A DNA stretch of 64,000 nt from Chiloscyllium plagiosum. Its lineage: Eukaryota. Shown here one piece after another: positions 36,812-50,162 of the stretch; positions within the stretch are counted from its first letter, which is position 1, and each line of letters starts with the position of its first letter. The notes under the pieces were generated by a model. It was not told the DNA's origin. It made no database searches and saw nothing but the letters and a program-made list of their open reading frames with translations. The stretch lies in the NCBI RefSeq assembly GCF_004010195.1, contig NC_057719.1, positions 29,240,822 through 29,304,821 on the forward strand, read 5' to 3'. The translations under genes and the position numbers were made by a program.

Positions 36812-39800
36812 TATCATAGCCAATTCACCTAATCTGCACATCTTTGGACAGTGGAAGGAAACCAAAGCGCCTGGAAGAAACCCACGCAGACACGCGGAAA
36901 ATGTGCAAACTCCACACAGACAGTCGCCTGAGGCTGGCATTGAACCCAGGTCCCTTGCGCTGTGAGGCAGCAGTGCTAACTACTGATCCATCGTGCTGTC
37001 CCAAAACGTCTTCACAATATCTACTCTGTCCAGGCCATTAAGTATTCTGTTCATTCCTTCTAAACTCCATTGAGACCCAGTGTCCTCAAATGTTCCTCAT
37101 ATGTTAAGCTTTTCATTCCTGGGGCCATTCTTGTAAACCTCCTCTGAACATATTCCAGGGCCAGTACATCCTTCCTGAGATATGGGGCCCAAAACTGCAC
37201 ACAATACTCCAAATATGATCTGACCAGAGCTATATAGAGCCTCAGAAATACATCTCTGCTTTTATATGCAAGTCCTCTCAAAATAAATGCCATCATAGCA
37301 TTTGCCTTCCTTACTACTGACTCAACCTGAAAGTTTCCCTTTAGAGAATCCTGGACTAGAACTCCCAAATCTCTTTGCACTTCAGACTTCTGAATTTTCT
37401 TCCCATTTAAAAAATAGTCCGTGCTTCTATTCTTTCTACCAAAGTGCATGATCTCACATTTTGTCACGTTGTACTCCATTTGCCACTTCCTCACCCATTC
37501 TCTTCTGTCCAAATCCTTCTGCAGCCTTCCCACCTCCTCAATGCTACCTGTCTCTCTACCTATCTTTGTATCATCTGCAAGGTCAGCCAGAATGCCCTCA
37601 GTTCCTTTATCTAGATCGTTAATGTATAAAGTGAAATGTTGTGGTTCCAACACTGAGCCTTGCATTTGTCACCAGCTGCCATCCTGAGAAAGACCCTTTT
37701 ATCCATACTCTCTGCTTTCTGCCAGACAGCCAAGCATCTATCAATGCTTGTACCTTGCTTTTGAAACCATGGGCCCTTACTTTACTCAGTAGCCTCCCAT
37801 GTAGCACCTTGTCAAAGGCCTTCTTGAAGTTCAGGTAGATAACATGAATTGGCTCTCCTTGGTCCAACCTGCTGATTACTTCCTCAAAGAATTCTAGCAG
37901 ATTTGTCAGGCATGGCCTCCCCTTGATGAAACCGTGCTGATCTTTTGCCCTATTTTACCATATACTTCCAAGTATTCAGAAATCTCATCCTTCACAATGG
38001 ATTCTAGGATCTTACCCATGACAGAGGTTAGGCTAAATGGTCTGTAATTTTCTGTCTTTTACCTTATTCCTTTTTTGCATAGGGGTGTTATCTATTTTGA
38101 TGACTGCCTCGTAAGGATTCCTTCACCTTGAGCTCCCTTAATCAAGTCTGCCTCATTACATAACACTAAATCCAGTATTGCCTGTTCCCTAGTCCTCTCC
38201 ACCACAGGCTGCTCCAAAAAGCCATTACACATGCTCCACAAAGCTCCATAGACATTCCACTTACTCATTTTCTTGCAATCCACTACCAATCTGATTTTCC
38301 CAGTCCAACTGTGTATTGAAACCCCTCATGATCACTGTAACTTTGTCTTTCCTACACATCCTTTCTATCTTCTGGTGTATCTTGCACCCCAGCTCCTGAC
38401 TATTTTTTAGAGGCCTGTACATAACTCCAACGATAGATTTTTTTTTACCTTCGCAGTTCCTCAATTATACCCACACAGATTCTACACCATCTGACTCTAA
38501 TTCATTTCTTACAATTAATTTTAATTTTGTTCCTTGTTCATATGTTGATAAGGATGTGGAAACACTTAAAAATAAATAGGGTCTGTGTTTCCTGACTGTT
38601 ATTGCTTCCATTGTTAACTAAATCTATTTTAAAAGTGATAATGATTTACTTTAAAAACCTTTAGCATAACAACCTTACATCCTAATGCATCACCCCAGAG
38701 GTACAGTAAACAATAACGTCACCTGACCAATCTCATTCTGAAAGTTGAAAATGAATTTGAGATGCTGTTAATGAGTGGGCAAAATTTTGGCTCTACTATA
38801 GATCCAAACTAAAAAAAAGCTTCATTTGGAAATTTGACTACAGTAGCATTACACTATTACACTTTTAAGTATATAAAACAATTTTCTGTGGTTTTGTCAG
38901 TGACCTTTTAAACAGATGATATAGTTTTTGATTCAGGTCTTTTCATTTATCTGTACTTTCGATATCATTGATTCTCCTGCAACAACTACAAGTATGCCCA
39001 TATTTGTGTACATTAAGTTACTATCTTCACAATAATGACATATAACTGATTATAGTCCTAAGATATTGGTGAAAAAAATCTTTGCTATTAATAAATTCAT
39101 TTTAATGTTTATTGTTCAGTGTACAAAGTTTATTTGATCTGCTGTTATCATTAACTGTTTTTATAAAAGTTACGCCACTTAAATAAGCTGCTTATCTGCA
39201 TTAATAAACACCATAAAAATTGTATAATGTGTATTGATAGAATTAAAATGCGGAGATTTGTTAGTAAATGTACATTATACTGAAGCAACATTTGAAATTA
39301 TACCCTAATACTCATTTAAATTAAATCTCAGATAAATAATTAATATAGAAGACTGGCAACAGCTGATTTGTCATAGTTGCTTCTTGGTCATGTTTTATAT
39401 TTGATGGCACGAGAGATGACATGAGTCAAAAACAATCAAAGTCCTCATTCCTGGTGGAGAGACCTTGCCCTAATATTCTGTGACTCACACCCAGGTTGTT
39501 CTCAGCTCTACTGCTCTGCTTCCAGACACATCACTTACAGTGAATCTGATGTGAACAACTTGCTGAGAAATTGCCTCATGGCATGTTGCTTCCCTGACCC
39601 AGTACCTTGCCCATTTGAGTAGGGTTTGATTTAAAGAGTGCATGATGCTCTTTTCTGGTGAGCTGTTTAACCCTGCAGCCTTTACAATACTAAAGTTGAA
39701 TTTTGTGAATTGTCATTATGGCTGTAAAGCAGCTTACTGAAACGATTAAATCCAGAAGTAAGGGATGCTGCCTACTATTAATCTAGTCAGCTATTTGTGA

Positions 39801-42654
39801 TTTGTTTTGAAATCACTTAATTGAGTTAGAGCATTGCCACCTGTTATCCACTAAATGTGAATAACCTGTACATTACACACACAGCTGGTTAAATTAAAGC
39901 TACAGTAAACTTAAAAATCAGAAGCAAGCTTTGTGTATCTGATGTGACCTTAATATTTGTGTGATTTCAGACTCTTACTGGTTTCATTTTACTTAATTTA
40001 GATGTTTGATATTCAGTTGTTTATTTCACAAATAGTCAAATTATCTATTAATGCAACCTAAATGCACTTCTGCAGTCTAAATAGCAGTAGTTAATAGCTT
40101 TGCTGCTGAAAATTAATTTGAAATTATTCAGTGATTCTATTTTGAATTAAGAACTTATTCATAAAATAAATTCACTATATAAGAGAGAATTATTACTTCC
40201 ACTGCTATTTTCTGGGACGTGATTTTATATATATTGGTGTATTTTACTAAACTTAAGGAAACTTAAGGAATAAATGCCTTGCTCATCTTTTATTGAGTTT
40301 GTCACTCTCTACTCCATCCACTGTACATTTCCTTTTGAAACTGAACTCTATTCCAAGTACTACAGTAGTTCTATTAATCAAAACAACATGTTAACAGAAC
40401 TAAAATACAGGTAAACAAAAATGTTTAATATCATCACAAGATGTAATAGAAGTATTACATCTGTCTTCATAATCATTTAGGCTTATGCTTTTTATTTAGC
40501 TATATTGATTTATTGATATTAAGGGTACCAGAGAATTTAATGCCTTCAATATGTAAAGTTAAACATAATTAATAAAAAGTGAATCTCTAGCATAATAGTG
40601 GTCTTTAATATATGTGGACTTAATAAAATAATGCTACTTTCTTTCAGTGAACATTCAAGCAGGTAATGTAGTTACAGCAAATATACTGCCAGCTTTTCTT
40701 TTCTCAACTTCCATCTAATTAAGTCATTTTCTTTTAGTTACTATCACATATAATTTGGACCTGGTCCTGATTTATACCACCCGATTCAGACATCAGATAA
40801 CTATCAGAAGTCATGATATTTGTGAATTTAATTCAAATTAGTTACAATACCGTAGGGAAGGAATTTCTGGAGTGTATATAGGATGGTTTTCTGAACCAAT
40901 ATGTCAAGGAACCAACTAGTGAACAAGCTGTTGTAGACAGAGTATTATGAAATGAGAAAGCAATGTTGTGAGACATTCCTTAGGGATGAGCAACCATAAT
41001 GTGACAGAACTCTTTGCCAAGATAGAGAGTGAGATTATTGATACTGAGGCCAGGGTCTTGAATCTTAATAAGGGAATCTATGATGATATGAGGCATGAGT
41101 TAGCTATGATGGATTGTGAAATATTATTTAAAGGAATAACAGTGGCTATGCAATGGCAAAGTTTCAAAGAGCAAATAGGTGAAATATAAAAATGGTTTAT
41201 TACTGGCTGGTGTAAGAGTGCAAAGAGAACAATGGTTATACCATGACTTCTGAGTGATATTAGAGATGTTATTAGATGCAAAAAACACATTGGCAAGAAT
41301 AAACAACAGACTCAAGGATTCGGACCAGTTTCGAAGTCAGCAAGGTAAGACCAAGGGATTGATTAAGAAGGAGAAAATAGGGTACAAGAATAAGATTGCA
41401 TTGAACACAAGAACTGACTGTAAAAGTTTCTTCCGGTACACAGAGAAAAAGATTGGTGAAAACTAATAAAGTTCCCTTACAATAAGAAATGGGGGAACTT
41501 ATAATGGTGAACTAAATTCAGACTTTGCTTTGTCTTCACAAAGAAAGACACAAATATGGTACAAGAAATGATGAGGAACACAGGGTTTAGTGAGTAGGAG
41601 AAACTGAAGCAAGTCTGTATTCGGGGAGAAATGATATTGGAGAAATTGACAGGATTCAAGGCTAGTAAATCCTGAGCGCCTGATAATCTACATTCCAAAG
41701 CACAAGAGGATTTCAAAATAGTGGATTGGAGGATAGCTAATGTAACCCCATTATTTAACAAGGGAGTTGGAGAGAAAACCTGGAATTATAGTCCAGTGAG
41801 ACTGATGTTGGCATTGGGAAAGTTGCTAGAGTCCATTATCAAAGATGCTATAGCAGAGTACTTAGAAAACAATAGTAGAGTCAGACTGTCAGCATAGATT
41901 TAGAGTGAACCATGCTTGACAAATCTATTGGAATTCTTCAAGGATGTGACAAGTACAGTTGATCAAGGGATCCAATGGTTTATTTGGACTTTCAGAAGGC
42001 TTTTGACAAAGTCCAATTTCAGAGATTATTGTGTAAAACTAAAGCGAATGGACTGGGGTGTGGGGTGTGGGCGGGGGGCAGTGTATTGTGATTGATACAA
42101 AATTGATTAGTGGACAGGAAATTAAAAGTTCTCCTGAATGGCAGGCAGTGACTAATGGGGTAACGCAGGGATCAGTGTTAGAAACCCAGCTAGTCATAAT
42201 ACATATAATGATTTTGATGAGGGAACTATATATAACATCACAAAATTTGGTGATGACAATACTGGGTGGAAGGGTGAGCCATAATGAGAATAGAGATGTT
42301 GCTGTCTGATATGGACAGGCTAAGTGATTGGGCAAATGCATATCAGATGCATTATAATGCAAATAAATGTGAGGTTATCAACTTTGGTAGTAAAAATAAG
42401 AAGGCAGATTATTATTTAAATGGCTGTAGAATTGAAAGAAGGAATGTTCAATGAGATCTGGGTGTCCTCATGCACCAGTTGCCAAAAGTAAGCACACAGG
42501 TGCAGCAGGTAGAAAATAAGGCAAACTGTCTGTTGGCCTTCATAGCAAAAGGATTTGACTACAGGAACAAAGATGTCTTGCTGCAATTAAACAGAGTATT
42601 GGTGGGATCACATCTGGAATATTGTGAACAGATTTTGTCTCCTTACCTGAGGAA

Positions 42655-42759
42655 ACTATTATGTGGAGGTGCTGGTGTTGGACTGGGGTGGACAAAGTCA
42701 AAAAACAAATGACATTGGTTTACTTGAAACCGCAAGCTTTCAGAGCTCCTGCTCCTTTG
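42655..42759. mobile_element. Family A short element fragment in CR1, 14-bp TSD
   Basis: CCTTA(C/T)CTGAGGAA at 42641-42654 and 42760-42773; ggaggtgctggtgttggactggggtggacaaagt also occurs at about 12270. Confidence 0.75.
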
Positions 42760-42817
42760 CCTTATCTGAGGAAGGATGTTCTTTCTATAGAAGGTTTAAC
42801 AAATTGATTCCTGGGAT

Positions 42818-43087
42818 AGCAATGTTGTGAGACATTCCTTAGGGATGAGCAACCATAATGTGACAGAACTCTTTGCCAAGATAGAGAGTGAGATTATTGA
42901 TACTGAGACCAGGGTCTTGAATCTTAATAAGGGAATCTATGATGATATGAGGTATCAGTTAGCTATGATGGATTGTGAAATATTATTGAAAGGAATAACA
43001 GTGGCTATGCAATGGCAAAGTTTCAAAGAGCAAATAGGTGAAATACAAAAATGGTTTATTACTGGCTGGTGTAAGAATGCAAAGAGA
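42818..43087 (+). repeat. 270-bp near-identical copy of 40959-41228
   Basis: Offset 1859 bp; 6 mismatches counted by eye. Confidence 0.95.
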
Positions 43088-43431
43088 GACTGATGTCTAA
43101 GGAAAGGTTATGTTGGTTCTGATTGATTCTTTGAAGTTTAGAAGATTGAGGCGGGTTTTCATAGAAACCTGTAAAATTCTGACAGGTTAGATGTAGGGAG
43201 GATGTGATGGAGTCTAGGACCAGGGATTGTAGTTTAATGAATGGCAAAGCAGGTTTGAGAGATTAAATGGCTTATTCCTGCTCCTACCTTCTATGTTTAA
43301 ATGTTTATATTTCATAGAACCATGAGCATAGGTAGAGGACTAGCAAATTAATAGAATTTTGCTTAAATGGTGTTGGAAACTGATGTCCTTTTAAATCTAC
43401 AATGTTCATATTGCATGTATGGTATTTCTTC

Positions 43432-44101
43432 TGTTGTATGAAACCTTATTTAACTGAATAAACAAATGTCTAACAGGAACCACACTGTCCTATTATGAAT
43501 GCAATGTTTTCAAAAATAACAAGGTTTTGTTCTTTAAAGGAATGAAAACTAACTTTCAAATGGAAGTGGGCAAGGGGACAATGGTCATTCTGACTTCATG
43601 AGTGGCCATGATCATTGGTCAAGAAGATTTAGTCAGAAAATTGATACAGTATACATGACCAGCTCCCAAAATAAAGTATATTAACAGAGATAGGATGTGA
43701 CAGACGGTTGCAAGCAAGGGGATCTGGGGAAATGAACTACCATCTTCTAGGAACAAGACCAGGAGTTCCCTTACATCAGCCTATGGGAAGAACAAATACA
43801 AACACATGACTTCAAAATCACTGTCCTGCTTCTTCATTCTACAGAACAGATTTAGTATCAATGAAATGGTATCATCTGTCCTAATTCTTCATTCTACAGT
43901 ATAGATTTAGTATCAATGAAATGGTATCATCTGTTAGGGTCATATATTTTCTTTGCCTAACTAACTGATCTATTATGTTGAAACTGCTGCAACTTAGAAA
44001 ACTCAATAAACTATCAGAAAAGGCTACAGGTTGTTTACTGCTAATATTAGATAACTGTGATTATGAACTCCCAAAATCAATAGTGGTATCAGGAGTGGGA
44101 T
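43432..44101 (+). mobile_element. LTR followed by a tRNA-Leu-type primer binding site
   Basis: Diverged direct copy at 50163-50712; AATAAA near 44005; PBS TGGTATCAGGAGTGGGAT at 44084-44101; internal 55-bp tandem duplication 43821-43930. Confidence 0.65.
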
Positions 44102-45164
44102 TTCACAGAAATCAAAGGTTTGTTTTGAGAAGCTGGAAGCAGCAGTCTAAGATCGTACTTAAATGTGTGTTGAGTAATTTCTATACAAACCAATGGCCTT
44201 TGCGTATGCTAGACTGTGATTGCTAGAAAGCTTGATTGTGAAAACTGGACTAGCTGGAGCAAAAGGTACACTAGAAATTACTGAAGAATGCGAAGGAGAT
44301 TATGCGTGTACTTTTTGATAGACTTTTTAGAAAGCTTGAGAAGGGTAAGATTCGCATATAAAAAAATGTTCAGAATAAACTGACCTACAGTGCCCATATA
44401 TGCAGCTACAACAGAATAGAAAATTCAAGGAGTCGAGGAAACAAGTTACAAACGGAATGTTACAGCTTATACACTTAGTGAAGACAGGAAATAGAAGTGT
44501 GTAATGAGGGGGGCAGGCTACAAAAAATGGTAGAGAAAACATTGGAACAAGACAGTTATTAGCAGAAGATACGATATTGTTAGGGAACTAGATGATGCAA
44601 GAGGCATTCTGAGAGAATTAATTTGACAATTTTTTCTGAAGCAGACCACATTCCTTATATAGCCAAAATATTAAAAAATCTTCAGTTGAAAATTCATCAA
44701 TAAATACCAGTGATAGCTGCTGTTTCTGCTAGTAGACTAAATGGCGTTGACATTAGCAAGAGTTGTTTTCCTGGTGATCTCTGGACTTATTGGGATAGTT
44801 AAAGTGAAAACAATTGTTCGTTGACTCTCTTGTGCAGTGAAGCAAAGCCTGCATGTGTCATCATAAGAACCATGGCGAAAACTGAGCAAAGGGAGTTGGA
44901 GAGAGAAGCGTCATTGTAGTTAGAGGATATCACAACCACGTGTAGACCCCTGGTACCAGCTGAGGTTAAGGACTTTAAGGAAGAATTAGGTATTATAATA
45001 GATATTAGTTCCTATATCCTTCCCCTCATTTGAAAATGGATACTGTTTAGAATCTTACACCCAGAAATAAGAATGATGATTTTAAACAAGCCCTCTTAGT
45101 CGTTTGCTCTGTACTGGGAAATTATGGCAAAAAGCCTGTGTAGGAAATTAGATGGGGACGTAAG

Positions 45165-48100
45165 AAAGGCATTGGCATAAGGACAGCTGGGTTACAGTCA
45201 GGTGAGGGAAAGGGAACTGACGGTCAGAGCAGGGATCCCCTGTGGCTGTTCCCTTCAGCAATAAGTATACCATTTTGGATACTGCTGGTGGGGACAGCCT
45301 ACCAGGGGTAAGCCATAGTTGTCAGGTCTTTGGCACTGTGGCTCAGAAGGGAAGGAGGAAAATAGAAAAGCGCTAGTAGTAGGGGACTCAATAGTTAGAT
45401 GGATTGACAGGAGATTTTGTGGTCAGGAATGGGACTCCCGGAAGGCATGTTGCCTCCCCGGTGCCAGGGTCCAGGATGTCACCGATCGGGTTTACAAGGT
45501 TCTGAAGGGAGGAGGGTGAGCACCCAGAAATCGTGGTACATATTGGCACCAATGATATAGCCAGGAAAGGGATTGAGGATCTGAAAAGTGACTACAGAGA
45601 GTTAGGTTGGAAGCTGAAGAGCCGGACAAGTAGTGATCTCAGGGTTATTACCGGTGCCGCGAGATAGTGAGATGAGGAACAGTCAGCGAATGCAGCTTAA
45701 CACGTAGCTGCAAGGCTAGTGCAGGAGGGAGGGCTTCAGATACCTAGACCATTGGGATACCTTCTGGGGAAGGTGGGACCTGTACGTGAAGGACGGGTTG
45801 CACCTGAACTGGAGGGCACAAATGTCCTGGTGGGAGATTTGCTCATGTGATTCGGGACGGTAAAAACTAGTTTGGCATGGGGGTGGGAATCAGAGCCACA
45901 TGTCTGAGTGGGGGCCAGTTGCAGTCGGGACAGTGACAGGATGTATTAAATCTATCAGGAAGGTATCTCATGCGTTGAAACAAAGGGATCGGTCAAAGTG
46001 TGTCTGCTTTAATGCAAGGAGTGTCCGAAATAAGAGTGACGAACTTAGAGCATGGATCAGTACTTGGGGCTACGATGTTGTGGCCATAACGGAGATGTGG
46101 GTTCCACAGGTGCAGGAATGGTTGCTTGATATTCCAGGGTTTAGAATGTTTAAAAAGAACAGGGAGGGTGGAAAGAGAGGAGGGGGTGTAGCATTGCTAA
46201 TCAGAGAGTGCATCACAGCTACAGAAACGAAGGTTGTTGAGGAAGGTTTGTCTATTGAGTCAGTATGGGTGGAAGTTAGGAACAGCAAGGGAACAGCCAC
46301 TGCATTGGAGGTTTTCTACAGACCATCTAATAGCAGTAGAGAGATTGAAGATCTCATAGGCAGCCAGATTCTGGAAGAATGCAGAAGTAGCACGGTTGTT
46401 GTTATGGGTGATTTCAACTTTCCCGATATCGACTGGAACCTCCTAAGTGCAGATGGTTTGGATGGAGCCATTTTTGTCAGGTGTGTTCAGGAGGGGTTCC
46501 TTACTCAGTATCTAGACAGACCGACGAGGGGAGATGCCATTTTGGATTTAGTGCTCAGCAATGAGCCAGGACAGGTGTCAGATCTCACGGTGGGAGAGCA
46601 CTTTGGTGAAAGTGATCACAACTGCCTCACATTTAGCGTACCCTTGGAGTGGGAAAGGAGCAGTTACCAAGGGAAGATATTTAATTGGGGAAATGGAAAT
46701 TATGACGTTATCAGACAGGAGTTGGGAAGTATAGACTGGGGGCAATTGTTTCACAGAAAGGGCACAGCAGACATGTGGAGACTATTTAAGGATAGATTGT
46801 TGCAAGTGATGCACAAATTTGTTCCTCTGAGGCAGGTAAGACGGGGCAAGCTTAAGGAACCTTGGATGACAAGAACAGAATTTCTTGTCAAAAGGAAGAA
46901 GGCCGCTTACGTAAGATGGAGGAAGCAAGGATCTAGCACAGCTTTTGAGGATTACAGGTTTGCTAGAAAGGAGCTCAGAAATGGACTGAGAAGAGCCAGG
47001 AGGGGGCACAAAAAAAGCTTGGCAAGAAGGATTATGGAGAACCCAAAGGCATATTACTCATATGTGAGGAATAAGAGAATGATCTGGGAGAAGGTAGGGC
47101 TGATCAGGGATAGCGGAGGGAACTTGTGCGTGGAGTCTGAGCAGACAGGGGAAGCCCTAAATGAGTTTTTTGCTTCGGTTTTCACCAAGGAAAGGGACCT
47201 TGTTGTGAATGAGAACTTAGAGGAGCTGGGATACAGTCTTGACCAGATCAAGATTGATGAAGTTGATGTGCTAGAAATTTTGGAAAACATTAAGCCCCCA
47301 GGGCCAGACCAGATTTATCCTAGGCTGCTCTGGGAAGCGAGAAAGGAGGTTGCTAAGCCACAAGCAAGGATATTTGCCTCCTTCCTCTCCACACAAGTCG
47401 TACCAGAGGATTGGAAGGAGGCGAATGTTGTTCCTCTTTTCAAGAAGGGTAATAGGGAAATCCCTGGCAATTACAGGCCAGTCAGTCTTACATCTGTGGT
47501 CAGCAAAGTTTTGGAAAGAATTATGAGGGATAGGATTTATGACTATTTGGCAAAACATAGTGTGATTAAAAGCAGTCAGCATGGCTTTGAGAGGGGCAGG
47601 TCATGCCTCACAAATCTTATTGAGTTCTTTGAAGAGGTGTCAAGTCAGGTCGATGATGGTCGAGCAGTGGATGTGGTGGATATGGACTTCAGCAAGCATT
47701 TGATAAGGTTCCCCATGGTAGGCTCATTCATAAAGTCAGGAAGTATGGGATACAGGGAGATTTGGCGACCTGGATTCAGAATTGGCTGGCTGACAGAAGG
47801 CAGAGAGTGGTTGTGGATGGAAAGTATTCTGCCTGGAGATCAGTGTTGAATGGGGTCCCACAGGGCTCTGTTCTTGGGTCTCTGCTCTTTGTAGTTTTTG
47901 TAAGTGACTTGGATGAGGTTGAGGGGTGGGTTAGTAAATTTGCAGATGACACAAAGGTTGGAGGTGTCGTCGATAGTATAAAGGGCTACAGTAGGCTGCA
48001 GCACAACATAGACAGGATGCAGAGCTAGGCTGAAAAATGACAGTTGGAGTTCAACCTGGATTAATGCAATGTGATGCATTTTGGAAGGTCGAACTCAAAT

Positions 48101-48839
48101 GCTGAATGTAGAATTAAAGATTTTTGGCAGTGTGGAGGAACAGAGAGATCTGGGTGTGCAAGTACATAGATCCCTCAAAGTTGCCACCCAAGTGGATAGG
48201 GTTGTTAAGAAAGCATATGGTGTTTTGGCTTTCATTAACAGGGGGATTGAGTTTAAGAGCAGCAAGGCTTTGCTGCAGCTCTACAAGTCCCTGGTGAGAC
48301 CACACTTGGAATATTGTGTCCAGTTCTGGTCGCCCTACTATAGGAAAGATATAGAGGGTTTGGAGAGGGTGCAAAGAAGGTTTACAAGGATGCTGCCTGG
48401 ACTGGAGGGCTTGCCTTATGAAGAAAGGTTGAATAAGCACGGACGTTTCCCTCTGGAGAGGAGGAGGAAGAGAGGAGATCTGATTGCGGTGTACAAAATA
48501 ATGAGTGGAATAGATAGAATCAATAGCCAGAGACTTTTCCCCAGGGCAGGATTGAATGGTACGAGGAGTCAGTTTGAAGATATTAGGAGGAAGGTATAAA
48601 GGAGCTGTCAGAGGTAGATTCTTTACGCAGAGAGTTGTGAATGCATAGAATGCGTTGCCAGCTGTGGTGGTGGAAGCAGAGTCATTGGGGACATTTAAGC
48701 GACTGCTAGACATGCACATGGACAGCAGTGAGTTGAGGGGTGCGTAGGTTAAGTTACTATATTTTACATTAGGATTAAACCTCAGCACAACATCATGGGC
48801 CAAAGGGCCTGTTCTGTGCTGTACTTTTCTATGTTCTAT
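45165..48839 (+). mobile_element. Relatively young CR1 LINE (ORF1 esterase remnant, 649-codon open ORF2 segment)
   Basis: ALVVGDSIVR and KDGLHLN in ORF1; ORF 45900-47849 with FNARSVRNK, VMGDFNFP, SDHN, NYRPVSLTS; frameshift after MDFSK; KFADD; tail ttctatgttctat. Confidence 0.96.
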
Positions 48840-49188
48840 AACATCACCGCACCGTGAGTAAGTATCTCCAGGCAGGATAAGGCACCTAAGGTCATCTCTC
48901 AATTTGTCCACCCGATACCTCTTCTATTTCTAAATGTCAGATCAATCCTAGACACTCTGATTAAAAAGGTCCAGCCGAACAGAAAAGTAGAAGAGATTCA
49001 AAAGCAACGAGAGTGGCAGTGGAGTAGGATCTTCTAGCCAGAGCTTATTCACTCCGCCCATTCTTCTTCATTCCTTCTTTCTCTTCTTCCACTTAATGCT
49101 TCTTTTTCACTCTTCTCCTTTTCTTCTCTTTGACTCCCAGCCTCCAATCACGATTCCTAGCCCTCTGATGACAATTCCGATTCCAATT

Positions 49189-49526
49189 ATAGAATCCCTA
49201 CAATGTGGAAGCAGGCCATTAGGCCCATCGAGTCCACGAACCCAAAGAGCATCCCACCCAGACCCACCCCCTTACCTTATCCCTATAACACAGCATTTCC
49301 CATAGCTAATACATCTAGCCTACATATCCCGGGACAACATGAGAAATTTAGCATAACCAATCAACCCAACCTGCGCATCTTTGGACTGTGGAAAGAAACC
49401 AGTGCACCCGGAGGAAACTCACACAGACATGGGGAGAATGTTTAAGCTCCACACAGGCACTCGTCCAAAGGTGGGTCCCTGGCACTGTGAGGCAGGAGTG
49501 CTAACAACTGAGCTACCATACCGCCC
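49189..49526 (-). mobile_element. HE1-type V-SINE
   Basis: Same organisation as 36518-37002. Confidence 0.88.
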
Positions 49527-49679
49527 CATTCCTGGCTTCCAACGACGATTCTCACCCTCTGGCGAACAATGGCTCCCAGCCTCTGACAATGACTCCCAGC
49601 CTCTTTGGAGAATATTGGCCACTTTCAGAAGTGTCCTGTCGGCCAGTGAAAGGCACTGCCCAACACTGAGCTGTTTATC

Positions 49680-50155
49680 TGCACTCCACTGCAGGCAATC
49701 TAAGGCCAAGTAGCAGTGCCTGGTCTCCAGTCACCTTGGCCCCCTTTGCCACTGGACCAAAACCTAGTGCTAATAAGCCCTTATAGTAGCCAGTGTGCAA
49801 CAGTTTCCCCACATTAAAAGAACTTTCACACAGACACAGGCACCTTCCACATCCTCAGGATGAAATTTGGGACCTGGAACGTCAGGACCCTTATGAACAG
49901 TCCTGCCAGTGACAGAGTGGAATGCCACACTTCCATCGTTGCCCAGTAACTCAGCTTTGATATTTACATGGCTGCCTTGAGTGAAACCCAGTGAGCAGAG
50001 AAAGGACAGTTCAAAGAGAAAGGTAGTTGCTACATCTTTTTCTGGAAAGGCACGGCCATAGAAGAGTGCCACATTCATGGACTTGGCTTTGCCATCTAAA
50101 ATGAACTGGTGAACTAACTCAAAGACTCCCCCTGCGGAATAAATGAATACCTCAT
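49680..50155 (+). mobile_element. RTE-clade LINE 5' fragment (endonuclease N-terminus)
   Basis: From ATG 49859: MKFGTWNVRTLM...AALSET...YIFFWKG...HGLGFAI...GINEYL. Confidence 0.82.
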
Positions 50156-50162
50156 TTAACAG

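Larger units (their letters stand above)
36518..37002 (-). mobile_element. Full-length HE1-type V-SINE nested in CR1
   Basis: tRNA-like head (reverse complement gggacagcacgatgg.tcagt.gttagcactgctgcctcacagcgc...gggttcaa), V-domain and tail. Confidence 0.9.
36206..38500 (-). mobile_element. CR1 LINE (EN/RT fragments) with nested SINE
   Basis: YLNFKKAFDKVLH, QGSVLEP...LADD, LEYCVQFWAP, VGVMYRP; tail ccataagacatagg. Confidence 0.92.
40800..43280 (+). mobile_element. Old, heavily mutated CR1 with nested inserts
   Basis: ttggactttcagaaggcttttgacaaagtc, GVTQGSVL, HLEYCEQILSPYLRK; tail ctcctaccttctatgtt. Confidence 0.85.

Noticed and set aside
36930..37002. tRNA gene
   Set aside because: tRNA-derived head of an HE1-type SINE, attached to the V-domain and tail; the same applies near 49470-49526.
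48114..48911. 265-aa minus-strand ORF and similar ORFs (5802-6341, 16382-16807, 25379-25747)
   Set aside because: Antisense shadows of CR1 ORF2/3'UTR that recur in every copy.
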